Assembly: GCA_951406725.2 (NCBI GenBank)
Contig: OX597833.1
Location: forward strand, 56,482,001 to 56,546,000
Length of the DNA: 64,000 bases
Origin: Octopus vulgaris
Lineage: Eukaryota
Reading direction: 5' to 3'
Shown here: positions 38,937-51,656 of the stretch, one piece after another
Layout: each line of letters opens with the position of its first letter
How positions within the stretch are numbered: the first letter of the stretch is position 1
Notes under the pieces: model-generated
Database searches by the model: none
Told to the model about the DNA's origin: nothing
What the model saw: the letters and a program-made list of their open reading frames with translations, nothing else
Translations under genes and position numbers: made by a program

Positions 38937-39789
38937 TATATATACATATTATATATATATATGTATGTATACACACACGTCTATATGAATACACATACAT
39001 AAACATACAGACACACACACATACAATATATATATGCTTGCTGCTTCACAACCACATACTCTTAGAATAAGTCCTTTTACAACACCTTAGGCAAGTGTTT
39101 TCCATAGCTTTGGCTAATTAATATCTTAGGAGTGAATTTGATAGATGGACACTGTGCAGTGGCCCATCATATATACATGTATATATGTGTGTCTTTCTGT
39201 ATACACACACACACACATATATACATACAGATATACATGTATACAGACACATATGTATACACCACTCCACTCACACACACACACACACAAACATATGAAA
39301 TGCAGTACCAGTACTCAGCTGGTACTTTTACAGCTGAGTAGACTGGAGTAATGTGAATTGAAATGCCTTGTTGAAGGACACATCATGCCATGTGTGTAAT
39401 GGATCGAACGCACTACCTTATGATCATGAACCGAAAACTGAAACTATCAGGCCACATGCCTTCACACAAACAGTTATACACATGCATAAATATACATATA
39501 TTTATATACACTTACATACATGTTTAAACATACATATACATACACATACATAGACATACATACATATCCATAAATATATATGTATATGGATACACAGACA
39601 TATATGTCCATAAGTGTACACACACACACAGACTCACTCACACACAAACACATCCATCTATCCATCCACCCATACATATATATAAATACATGCATATATA
39701 CAAAATATATTTTCACACACACAAACACACACACGCATATATTATATGTATATGTGTGTGTGTGTATATACATACACATATATATATAT

Positions 39790-39837
<48 letters not shown>

Positions 39838-39843
39838 TCATAC

Positions 39844-39874
<31 letters not shown>

Positions 39875-40325
39875 AATAAATACATACATATATGCATACA
39901 TACATATATACATATACATATACACATTACTCGCAGCACACATGCACAGAGAGGTTTTGATTATGTAGTACAAAAACATAAAAACCACACAATAGGACTT
40001 TGTCTCGAGATGCTGTAACATCTGATATGTGTTTATTTATGTATACAAAACATGAAAAATAAATCCTTGAACCATGGTGTTTGTTTTTTTTTTTCTCAAT
40101 CATACTTTTTGTTGACTGAGTTTGCGAACAGGTTGAAAAGAAAAGAAAGAGAACAACTGTTAGCAGTATAAACGCTGAAAGTGGTATAAGCGATACGCTT
40201 TCTGATAAGGGAAGGAAATGTTTTGCTAGACTGGTTTTTAAACGAAGGCTGTAAAATGGGTTAGACCATAACACATTTTTCTTACCAGGGAGGCCACTAG
40301 ATGATGATGATGGCAAGTAACTAAC

Positions 40326-40361
40326 TTCTGTAAAACCAATGCTGCGAACCATTTCCTCTCC
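40326..40361 (-). CDS. Candidate 36-nt phase 0-0 cassette exon (GEEMVRSIGFTE); alternative donor at 40286
   Basis: Acceptor ttttccgcttag|GGA; donors GAA|GTTAGT (phase 0) and CTG|GTAAGA (phase 1). Confidence 0.45.
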
Positions 40362-40698
40362 CTAAGCGGAAAATATTTCTCAAAAGGCTTAAAATTCCAT
40401 GTAAATGTCACATAATATTGGAGTACAAATAGCTAGCTGCATGAAGAACATATCTTGTGCTTTTAGAAGCCACAATGCAAACACTGCAAACAAGAGCAGA
40501 ATGAAGCAAGCCGTGTAATTATTGAAATATTGGGCTCTGACCCTCATGGGGCAAATGAGTACTAACAGGTATTTTATAGCCTGTTGATGTTTTCAACAAT
40601 AAGACATCAACATGGTACATGAGGTTTACAGAACTCTCCTTCAAAAGTTGCCTGGACAAACACAGCTGCACGTTTAAAAAATATTACAGCGCTTTTAA

Positions 40699-40919
40699 CC
40701 CTTTCGTTACCAACCCAGCCAAAACCGGCTCTGGCTCTGTAGTACAAATGTCTTGTTTTCATAAGTTTTGCATCAAAATATACCACCAAACCTTAGTAGC
40801 AATTTATATTCCTAATACTAGCTTAATGATAACTAAGTTATTTTACTAAATTATTTGTTATATTTAAAGTAACTGAAAGAAACACAGAGCATCTCAAAAT
40901 AAATACAGTAACGAAAGGG
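40699..40919. mobile_element. piggyBac-type MITE, opposite orientation
   Basis: TTAA|CCCTTTCGTTAC...GTAACGAAAGGG|TTAA, perfect 12-bp TIR. Confidence 0.85.
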
Positions 40920-41579
40920 TTAAAGCATGTTTGGAAATTGAGAGGCAAAGGGGAAGCAAGCAACAATCAGTTTTACATGAGGCAGAAACATTTAGCAACA
41001 TATCAAAGTGCTATGAGCTTGTTTTACAGGGAAATTGCAGATCAGGTACCACTCTACCCCAATCTTGAAGGAAAAAACAAAACAACCTTGGTTTGATATA
41101 CTGACACAGGTTCAAATTCTTCTGCTTGGATTTCAAAGATGTATGAAGAATAACAAGACGATAATTGACTCCAATCATTTCCTGCACTTGCTGCACTTAA
41201 GACTGCTAACAGATGTTCTCTGTCTTTTCTTTCCAATCCGCTGTGTGCACCACAACTCAATATTTGTAGTGTATTCTAAGTCTCCTTTCGGATGGTGTTT
41301 GTGACATTTGTGTATATAGCAGCAGTACCAAAGCAGTAGCTAAGCTTTGTAGATGCTCAACAGGTGAAATATTTTCTAGGCCTGAAAAGGAATCCTTGTC
41401 TGTGGGGTGCAATTTTCTCAACCTTGTATCAATGAGAGAGAGGGAGAGAGAGAGAGGGAGGGAGAGAGAGAGAGAGAGAGAGAGTGTTCAACACAAATTT
41501 TGATGCCAATTATTTGTTGAAATTTTGAAGATTTTAGTTCTAGTTTTTATGTAAATCTTGGCTATCTTAATCAAGCAGA

Positions 41580-42480
41580 TCTATGTCAAATAAGTTGTCA
41601 GTAAAAATATTAGGTGTAATTCTCAGAAATACTTCTCTTTTTGGTGGCAGACCACACTGTGCATTCCAACATGCAGTGGTTTATTGTATGGTGTGTTGTT
41701 TGGCAGTCTGGGCATGCTACATCTTTTACTACGCACCAAGTCATTCGCTTGCTGCTGAAGCGTACCATTGTTGCTTGAAATTATTACTGTGACATGGAAT
41801 GTTTTGCAACTGTTGTCAGAGTTATTGATATTGCTAATTACTTTGCACAGTGTTCCACTGCTTCTTTTGTGATTTAAATTGAATAGAGAAATATTCAATA
41901 GTTTTCTGATTTCTTTGATTTTGTTTCTTGGTTTTAGCTTCTTGGTGTGGAGTATTAATTATTTCTGTTGTGCATAGTATTGGTGTGCACTGAGGTCGGT
42001 TATTTTGCATGTATAATTACAGTTCTATATTTTATGATGCATTTTACAGTATGCTTTTTTGAACTTTTACAATTATTTTGTTGAATGCTGCACAGCGGTG
42101 TCTACATTGCTATGTATGGTGTTGTGGTACCAATGAGCCAGATGCATAATTTTATGTATCTGTCCAGATTGAGCCAGTGTATCTTGTCTTATGGTACTGT
42201 GAATAGCACATGTTATGTTTAAGGTGCTTTTTATTCAATCTTTACTCTTTATAATTTGGTGTTTAGCTTTCTTTGTGTTATACAATTATGAGGTACATCA
42301 CCAATTTTAGTTGTTCTCTGTAATTTGCGAGTGAAATGATTGAGATGGGTGTCTTGGTTAATTTTGATGCTTAGTACTGTATGAGGTGAGGTTGCTTTGA
42401 GGTCATGAACTATTGTTGGAACATAATGGAAGCATTTTTGCTATGTTTCGTCAGGTATTTTGTTGTTTTGGGTTACATTT
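41580..42480 (-). mobile_element. Highly decayed LINE 3' region with CCHC zinc knuckle
   Basis: Minus translation near 41660-41725 is ACPDCQTTHHTINHCMLEC (C-x2-C-x8-H-x4-C). Boundaries approximate. Confidence 0.5.
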
Positions 42481-42949
42481 AAATTAGGCTTGTTTTCTTT
42501 AAAAACTTTTCATGTTGTTTGTTAGTATTTATGAGATTCCTATCTTTCTAATTTACTATTTGTTTTTAATACAGTCAACACCAATGATTTGTTGTGGTGC
42601 ACCTGAGCACTGTATACAATAATTTCATTATTATTACTTTTATTATTATTTTCTCAACAATGGTTGATTTTCATGCTTTATTGTGCCAACTTTTCAATGT
42701 TCCTGTCATGACTATACTGGTTTTTTTTTCTGATATAATGCATTCAGGGTTCAGCAAATCTTTTACTGTTTAAGGCAACAGGGTGTGATCTGCGAGAAAT
42801 TAAGCTGCTAATTCTCATAACAAGTCAAGTCAAGCATAAAAGCTCCCTCAACATGAGTTGAGCATTGCTATGTATATGTAGGGTGTCAGTCAAGACTGTT
42901 TCCAGAGGTGTAGTGAATGGTTCTTGCTACATTTTAAGATGAAGCTATT

Positions 42950-43420
42950 TGCTCTCACTAAAAGTTGTCTTTGAGGTCTTTGTTCATGTAAGCAGTGTGT
43001 GTTTTGGAAAGAGGTATCTAGCTTATGTGTGGATGATGCCCATCATGTAAAGTTAAGAAAGATATAAAGATGATATCCTTTGAGTTAGGAGTGTGTGTAG
43101 TTAGAAAACCAAGCAAGTCATTAATGTGCAAATGTGTGTGGAAGACAGTTAAACCTTGGAGTATACCAAAGTTGACAGAGTGTCAGTTAGTGTGAACTCA
43201 GTAGTCAGTGCAGGCTATCAAGAAATTTCCATTCCAAGAATTAGAGATGGTTAAAATTTATGGGCAGGTTTCCACATCAGATATGGTTGAAGGCTTTGCT
43301 AATGATAAGAGCAACAACAGTGCTGTCACCAAAGTTTTCAGGAATGGAAGATCTTTGATATAGGAAGGAGTTCAAATCCCCAGATTCATTGATTGAGAAA
43401 AGAGGAGAACTCAAGATAAG
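42950..43420 (-). mobile_element. Highly decayed CR1/Jockey-like RT fragment
   Basis: Remnants KAFNHI, VNFGILQG and HINDLL on the minus strand. Confidence 0.4.
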
Positions 43421-45458
43421 GAAGGAAGTTAATGGTAACAACTATTTACATTCCCCTTTGGGATGTTTGAAGTGAGGGTGACAGGTCATTAGTTGTCTTT
43501 TTGGCAATAGGACACACTGTTAAATTTCCTTAAATTTAGACAACTCCTTGTAAAGAGAAAAATATTGGAGAGTTTGGCAAGTATAGTATTGAGCACACTG
43601 TTTGATATAAATGACAGTGCTACATAGAATGAGGAAGTAGAGTTAGAAATGAGTTTGGTTGTGTATGTGCAGTGTAGTGTCAGAAACGAAATGGTTTCCA
43701 AATACAATAGTTTGATCAGGAGGAACACACAAGCAGCAACGATATCAAAGCTTTTATATGGTTAAGCAACAATATGCACGCAAATGGCATTAAAAAATTG
43801 GCAGCTATTATTGAGATCTTAGATTGTGTAAATATCTTATCAGTGTGAACTAGAAGTGAGCACGCAATATATTTGGCATCAGCTTTGTCCCAAAGAAAGC
43901 AGAGTTAAATACTTTGTTAAATAAAACTTGTACTGGGAATAGAATAACTTACAGACACACACAACCATACAACATTCATAAAACCTGCGAGATCAAATGG
44001 TCAGCATGAACCATGTCAGTTGACAATACCAGTTAACTGATTACCAATTGCTTAACCACCAGCTATGAAAGAGATGTACTAATTACTTACTGGTGGGTGA
44101 TGCGTACATCTTTCCTTCTTCATGGAAACATTTGTGTGCAACACTTGTAAACTAACAAATAATAACACTTATAACATTGAACTATATTTTCCCATTTAAC
44201 TATGAGTTCGTGGATTAAACTGGCAAAAAATAAGGAGCAAGGTGGTTGACCATCTGTTTCTCTCCACACACACACCACAAGATAACTTGTAAATATTTTC
44301 TGTTATGTGGTATATTAGAGGCCTATTCTTCCCATTTGTTTCATTCACCTAGCTATAAAGTCATAACACTGACTACCTGTTGAGTCATTGTGCATTCTAA
44401 ATGATCAGATATATTGCTTAGATAAACTAAATTTCACTGTACAAGTGTTCATGTGTGTCTACTATAAACGTTTAGATATAGATATACACACTCTTTATGT
44501 TCATGTACACCCTAAATATTTGTGATGTTTGCCAACTGTTTGCTAAGGAATGTAATGAAGGGAAATATATTGAAATTCTAATAATACATGGTGCATGGTA
44601 GGCAAAAATTTAAATGGAATTCACTGAATGAATTTTTGATTACATTTTCTCCTTTTTCTCTTTCCCTTTATTATCTCCTACTCATGTTATTCAGCTGATA
44701 TTATGGATTCATTTTAAAAGGTAAAATATATTTAGATTAACAATAGTCAACCTGACTCAATACCAACAAAACACGCTAACAAATAAACTACATGCAATTC
44801 TGTATCAGGAGAACATTTTAGAATAACCATTATTGGCTGTTCTCTCCATGTTGTTTTGCAGTCATTTTCCTATTTTTCTTTTCTTTTTTTTTTGTTGTTG
44901 TTAAATAACAAATACAACAAACAAGACAAAAGGTTCATTGAATAATTGTTTTCACTGAATGTCTCACATATACAATACAAGGAGAGATGCTAGCTAAAGG
45001 ATAGATACATTCTTTGAGAATTTTATTCTGGGACCATTGTGTTGTTAGTTAATAATAATGGCATTGTTATTTCCTATCAACTGTGATTGCTTCGACTGGA
45101 GAGAAAAATGCTAACTAAGAAAGAGAGTGACATTTGTGTGCAGGAGTTATTCAAAATATGCTTATTACAAACCTTTTGAAAGTGTATATTTGTAAGCTGT
45201 GGTGACATAGTTTACTGAACCGACTCTTGTCTGTTATTGCCAATGCTTATTGAGATTAAATAGAAACAAAGTAAATCCCAGCAGATTTCGAACTTGGAAC
45301 AGGGAAGTGCTGGACTAAATAAAACAAAGTATTTCATTTAACATTCCACTTTTGGCTATGTCTGCATGCTCATATGTAGGAGTGTGTATATGCATATGCA
45401 GACATAGATTTATATGCATAAGTATATGTAGAGAGTGTTCATTAGTCGTAGCAATAAA

Positions 45459-45861
45459 TCTCTCTATATATATAAAGCTGAAGTTGTCTGTGTTTGGCAG
45501 GTTTGGTAGCCTTCAACTAACACTATCTCCTCCGAGACCCTGCGGCGCAAGTTGACCAAACTTGAGAGTATGATAGAAGAAGGCTTGCTCTTCCTTCGTA
45601 GAAGAAAAAAATTCAAATCGGACCATGTTAACACCAAAAATTATTTACATCAAAAAGGTGCTTTTATTCTATGAAAATTCCTATTTTTTTTTACCATTTT
45701 GTGACTGCTGTGTCGCCATTTTTCGGTGTATTTCAACGAGAAATATGTTCGCTTAAAGAGAATAACAAGCTACATAATGCAAAATTTTTACTTTTCAAAA
45801 ATTCCAATTCTAAAGGGTCGAAAAGAAAACAAGCCTGAGCAACACTGGGCTATGCTGCTAG
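45459..45861 (+). mobile_element. Non-autonomous Helitron-like element (second copy)
   Basis: Same internal sequence as 74-462, with 5' TC and 3' hairpin + CTAG|T. Confidence 0.75.
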
Positions 45862-46019
45862 TATTTAAATAAAAACACTTGTATCTTTCAATGACTATGA
45901 CTATGAAAGTATGCATATATTTAAGATAGTTCCCTTGTTTATCAGTTTTCTTTTGGTCGTTACTTTTACAGTGTCAATAATACTTTTAACTAAACCATCA
46001 TTTTTTTTTTATATACATA

Positions 46020-46409
46020 GGTGCAGGAGTGGCTGTGTGGTAAGTAGCTTGTTTACCAACCACATGGATCCGGGTTCAGTCTCACTGCATGGCACCTTGG
46101 GCAAGTGTCTTCTACTATAGCCTTAGGCCGACCAAAGCCTTGTGAGTGGATTTGGTAGACGGAAACTGAAAGAAGCCCGTCGTATATATATATGCATGTG
46201 TGTGTTTGTGTGTCTGTGTTTGTCCCCCTAGCATTGCTTGACAACTGATGCTAGTGTGTTTATGTCCCCGTTACATAGCGGTTCGGCAAAAGAGACCGAT
46301 AGAATAAGTACTGGGCTTACAAAAGAATAAGTGCCGGGGTTGAGTTGCTCGATTAATGGCGGTGCTTCAGCATGGCTGCAGTCAAATGACTGAAACAGAG
46401 TAAAAGAGT
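46020..46409 (+). mobile_element. SINE family A
   Basis: Same head, core and tail as the other family A copies. Confidence 0.88.
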
Positions 46410-46864
46410 ATTTCTAGAGTTCCCTTTGACCATGTATGTGACCAAGTCAATATAGTTTGGTCTACAGTATTTTGGGGGAATATATCTAACATTAGAACCA
46501 GTTTTCACTACTATCAAGCACTTTGTGCAAATTTCATTCTACAACAAATGAACACATGTACAAACATGCAACACACAACACCCGCCCACACACAACACAT
46601 TATATTGTAGAACATTTCCCCCATCATTCTGATTGTGAATTACATTTGTCTCAACACCTTCTGAGTGTATGTTTCTGTAGCAATGCCAAACGGTATTACT
46701 GCAATCACATTTCTGATCTCTTGTCTGGGAAAACATCCTGTCAAACCTTCTTAATGGTGTCATGTAGCTATCTTCCTTTTACCATTAGATAAAGATAATC
46801 TTTCCTTTGGTATCTGCTTACACCTTTCCTACATATACAAATCTTCTCTCTCTCTCTCTCTATG

Positions 46865-46902
<38 letters not shown>

Positions 46903-47169
46903 TATATAAATTTTGAACTGAGGATTTTACTCCTACTCAAGTTTCAGGTTCCATAATCTTTCAGTAACTTGAAAGATCATATACCATGAAATGTAAGTCG
47001 TGGCCAAATCCTCAATTTAAATAAATTTATGAATAAACTCTACGCTATGTATTAAGTATTATCTTCTTTTGTTTAAAAACTGTAATATTTGGATATATAA
47101 CATCTTCGTCCAATACCATTTATTTATTTATAATACACAAATTACTGCACATTAACCAGGAGTTTCTAC

Positions 47170-47217
47170 CTTTGAATAGGTCGCTTCATCCGTGTTACTG
47201 GTGTGAATTTTGCTACC
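47170..47217 (-). CDS. Candidate 48-nt phase 0-0 cassette exon (GSKIHTSNTDEATYSK)
   Basis: Acceptor ttaccag|GGT, donor AAG|GTAGAA, open frame, GC-richer island in AT-rich intron. The pyrimidine tract is weak. Confidence 0.45.
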
Positions 47218-47913
47218 CTGGTAACTGTTTATTGAATTTTCCATGTTAACAGTAAACAAAGGATAATTCATTCATCCATTTATATATATATATATATCAT
47301 GCAGTGATTTCTATTCCTGAATTAAACTGATAAGTCATGAATTAAAGTTAACAATAACCATGTTTACATTTATGGTAATTAAAAATTAAGTTAAATAGTT
47401 TTCTCTTTCTCCCTACCTCTCTTCATCTACATTTCATCGATGTAGACATTTTTAAGTTGAACTGGTGTATTTTCAATTTCTGATAAATAAATACTATTAA
47501 TTATTGATGTTTTAACTGTTGAAAGTAGACAGTAGGTAAACAGTTAAAAGATTATGTTTAGTTAGTAGCACTCATGTGTTGCAGGCTAGGTAAATGGTAA
47601 ATGAAAGAAATACATTTTACTGCCATAGTATGCAATAAGAACCTTTGTGCTTGATGTGTAATTTGCTAGTTTGTTGTGTTGTACATAAATCTTACCACTG
47701 GTCAAAACTTACAAGAGACAGGCATCTTATTCTTAATGCCATGAAAACTGGGCTACACTCAAGTGCTCTCTGTGATGTCTGATTATGGCACAAGATTTAA
47801 AACCAAGAATACTACGCCATTGTCATAATGTCCCTTAACTCCAAAGTACCTTAACAACAAAGTCCCTTTTTTACAATGTGTCTCGGTTACAAAGTATTAT
47901 TATTGGAACATAT

Positions 47914-48135
47914 CTGTTTCTTTATTACCCACAAGGGGCTAAACATAGAGGGGACAAACAAACGGATTAAGTCGATTACATCGACCCCAGTGTGTAACTG
48001 GTACTTAATTTATCGACCCTGAAAGGATGACAGGCAAAGTCGACCTCGGTGGAATTTGAACTCAGAACGTAGCGACGGCCGAAATACCACGAAGCATTTC
48101 GCCTGGCGTGCTAACGTCTCTGCCAGCTCGCTGCC
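47914..48135 (-). mobile_element. SINE family D
   Basis: Same sequence as 19781-20010. Confidence 0.8.
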
Positions 48136-49680
48136 TTATTGGAACATATCTTTACTTCAATGTACTTCAAGCAAAAAGCATCAAGATGATATGGTCGAAC
48201 TGTATGGTACTGGTAATGTAATTTACTTTAAAAATAAAACACCTTGACAACAATATCATCTTTAGTAATGAAAATTGACTGTAGTGCAATGTTCCTTAAA
48301 GTACCCTAACAAAAGGATATTATGACTGAAATGTGCCTTGATTATATAGTTTCACTACAGTAATACATCTCAACTCTTATGACACTTCAATTATAAGACG
48401 TCATAAATCTGTTTACTTCATGGATTATTTTTGAAGGAAATAAGATCTTATGTTGAAGAATTTATAAGCTTTGAATATTGCGACTACATTTTGCCTAAAA
48501 CTTTGTCAGACAAATTTATATATTTTCTAAACTAATTAATCTGTTTCCTTTCATGCCACTGAGAATTGTAGTATCAGAATTTGGTTCCATTAATAGACAA
48601 CCTAGCAAAACTCAATTTTGAGATGCTGTAAAATTACCCAACTGAATAATTATTTAATTCTCTGGTCTGAAATAAGTATCTACCAACCAACCAACCAACA
48701 AGCCAACCAACCAACCTCAAGGAAGGAATTTATAGCAAAAAGCAAAAAATAAGCGAAAGTAAAACGTAGGCAGGGAGAATATTTTAGATGGTTACAGAGC
48801 TGAAGAGAGAAAGGGTTAAGATAGTCTATTAGTGAGGGGTTTAGGGAATGAAATACAGTAAGAATGATAGGGAATTTAGATGGGTGTGATATAAAGATTG
48901 CGAGTTCAGAGAGGCAGATACCATTGAAGTAGAGGTGGAAGGGAGATAGAAAGAGGAACTAACTGGTATGGGATAATGATTGTATACTACTGTATAGTGG
49001 TGAGTGAATCTTTGCCAATTAAAAAGACAGTCAGTTTTTGGAGGTGGTCTACAATACTTGGTAAGGGATTTAGTTTCCTTTTTGATATATATACATACAC
49101 ATGCATACAAATACACACACACACACACACACACACATATGTATATCATTGTTTAACATCCACTGTACATTTTCCTATGCTTGCATGGGTCAAGAATTTG
49201 TTGAGGTAGATTTTCTATGGCCAGATACCCTTCCTATTGCAAACTCTGACCTATTTCCAAGCAAGGTAATATTTCCCCATAGCTAGAGATGTTTTTCATG
49301 AAAGACTAAACAAACCTTGCTTGTATGACAATGGTGCTCATTTACAATCATTATGTGATGTATAATCATAGGTACACACAAACACACATATGCATAAGTA
49401 TATATGATGTGCTTATTTCAGTTTCTGTACCAAATCCACCTACAAGGCTTCAGTTAACTAGAGACTTTAGCAGAAGACATTTATATATATATAATCCTAC
49501 CCATGCTACCATTTAAAGCAAATGCTAAACGATAATGATGATGATATTATATGTGTGTGTATGTGTGTGGAGGAGGACATTAATTCTGAATAAGAACTGA
49601 CTTGGATTGTGGTCACCTGCTCGACCCTTGCAAGCATGGAAAGTAGACACAAAAGGATGATCATACATACATACATAGGA

Positions 49681-49972
49681 GCACTCCGTCAGTTGCGATG
49701 ACGAGGGTCCCAGCTGATACGATCAACGGAACAGCTTGCTGGTGAAATTAACGTGCAAGTGGCTGAGAACTCCACAAACACATGTACCCTTAACGTAGTT
49801 CTCAGAGAGATTCAGTGTGACACAGTGAGTGACAAGGCTGACCCTTTGAAATACATGTACTACTCATTTTTGCCAGCTGAGTGGACTGGAGCAACGTGAA
49901 ATAAAGTGTCTTGCTCAAGGACACAACGCGTCGCCGGGAATTGAACTCATGACCTTACGATCATGAGCCGAA
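49681..49972 (-). mobile_element. SINE family C, 5'-truncated
   Basis: Near-identical to 8937-9227. Confidence 0.8.
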
Positions 49973-51380
49973 TACATACATAAATAAATAAATAAATAAA
50001 TCGATACACATATTTATGAGTTAGTAATGGAAGGATGGACACCACTTGTATGTCCATATCCTTTGAAGTCTCTCTCAAACTGATGAATCTCATGCTAAAT
50101 TTGAAAATTATACACACTAAACTATGAAGACATACATTTAAAATATTTTACAATTCACTTCGATGCGATTGTAAAATCAATGTTTCGGAATTCAAGCACC
50201 ATTGCATCCACTGAATGGAAAAGTGATGCAACAAAGGGTAGTGAAAAGGGATTCTGGCTGTATATGTAAATCACAGTAGTTTATTTGAATAACAAGCTGG
50301 AAATAATTAGGTACAAAGGTAAAAATCAATTGACTTAACCTTAGCATATTACTGGTACTTTTTCATTTCTACCTCACTGCCATCTCAGAAAGATGAAACG
50401 CTGGGAGAGTATGAAGAACAAAACTAGATATTGTACAACAAACATTCCAAGTATCTAATTTAGTTCTCCACTCTGTATACCAACTCCAACAACAACAACA
50501 ACAATGATTCCTAATTAAGGTGCAAGAAAGAGGACAAGTTTATGATATTGTGGCTAAGAAGGGAGGAGGGTGGGTGGGTATAGGAAATTAAATTGACACC
50601 TGTATTTGACTGGTAATTATTTTGCCTATGATAGGAAGATGAAAGACAATGCTAAGCTTGAGAAATGATGCAGGGAGAAAAGAAATGTAAAGCAAATACC
50701 ACAAGGTGTTTAGCTTAGCATTTAGCAAAAAGTGGCAACAACATCAACAGCAACAATGCAACAGCAACACTCTTGAGATAATCTCTTCAAAGAAAATGAA
50801 GTTAAGATTTTCAACAGCTTAAATATAGAAGTGGGATATCATGGACTCACACATAATAGCTTTTTTTTTAAACATCTAACAATAAAACAATTGCAGAAAA
50901 CAAACGAAACAAGGAACCAAGAACCAGAATAAGACAAGAACAAGAAAAATAACAAAAAAGATTAATATTGTGCTGTTAAGCGGCCTCCCTTTAAACAGGA
51001 GCGATACTATTGACAGAGTTGGATCAAATCAAATTACTTATACACAACCTTGTTGCTCAATAGTGGTGATTGGTTTTGAATAGACACGGCTTATATTGAA
51101 AAGAGAGAATGCATCTAGTTGGTTGCATTGATTTTACTGTATATATATATCTAATACATTTAGAAAGTCTACTTACAGGATGTAAAGTAGAATTGACCCT
51201 GGGAGGTTTAAACTCAGAACAGAGAGGCATTGAATCAGATAGAAAAATGTAATAAATCCAGCTCTGTAGAATTAGTTCTCTCCAAGCCAAAACCATTTTT
51301 GTTTTTCTTAATTCTAAGCCATTTACAGAATTATTATTTATATCATTTTAACATAAAATTTCCAAGTTATTATTAAGTGT

Positions 51381-51382
<2 letters not shown>

Positions 51383-51458
<76 letters not shown>
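51383..51458. repeat. (AT)n microsatellite
   Basis: Direct inspection. Confidence 0.95.
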
Positions 51459-51462
<4 letters not shown>

Positions 51463-51605
51463 GACAGTAACTCAGATTTTTAAATGATTGTTTATTATTA
51501 ATATTTTAATTATTTATAATTATTTATCTTCTTGTTGTGTATAAGTATTCATAGGAAAAAAAAAATAAATAGTATCATTTATTTCAAAGTAATTTATCAT
51601 CTGAC

Positions 51606-51656
51606 CTGTGTCTCTGCCTGGTCAGCTTCACCTTGCTCAGTTTCAAGAGTGTGTTC
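51606..51656 (-). CDS. 51-nt phase 0-0 exon (EHTLETEQGEADQAETQ) of the IQ-motif gene
   Basis: CTAAT branch-like site, long pyrimidine tract, acceptor ttctcag|GAA, donor CAG|GTCAGA. Encodes 17 acidic codons matching the composition of the other exons. Confidence 0.8.
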
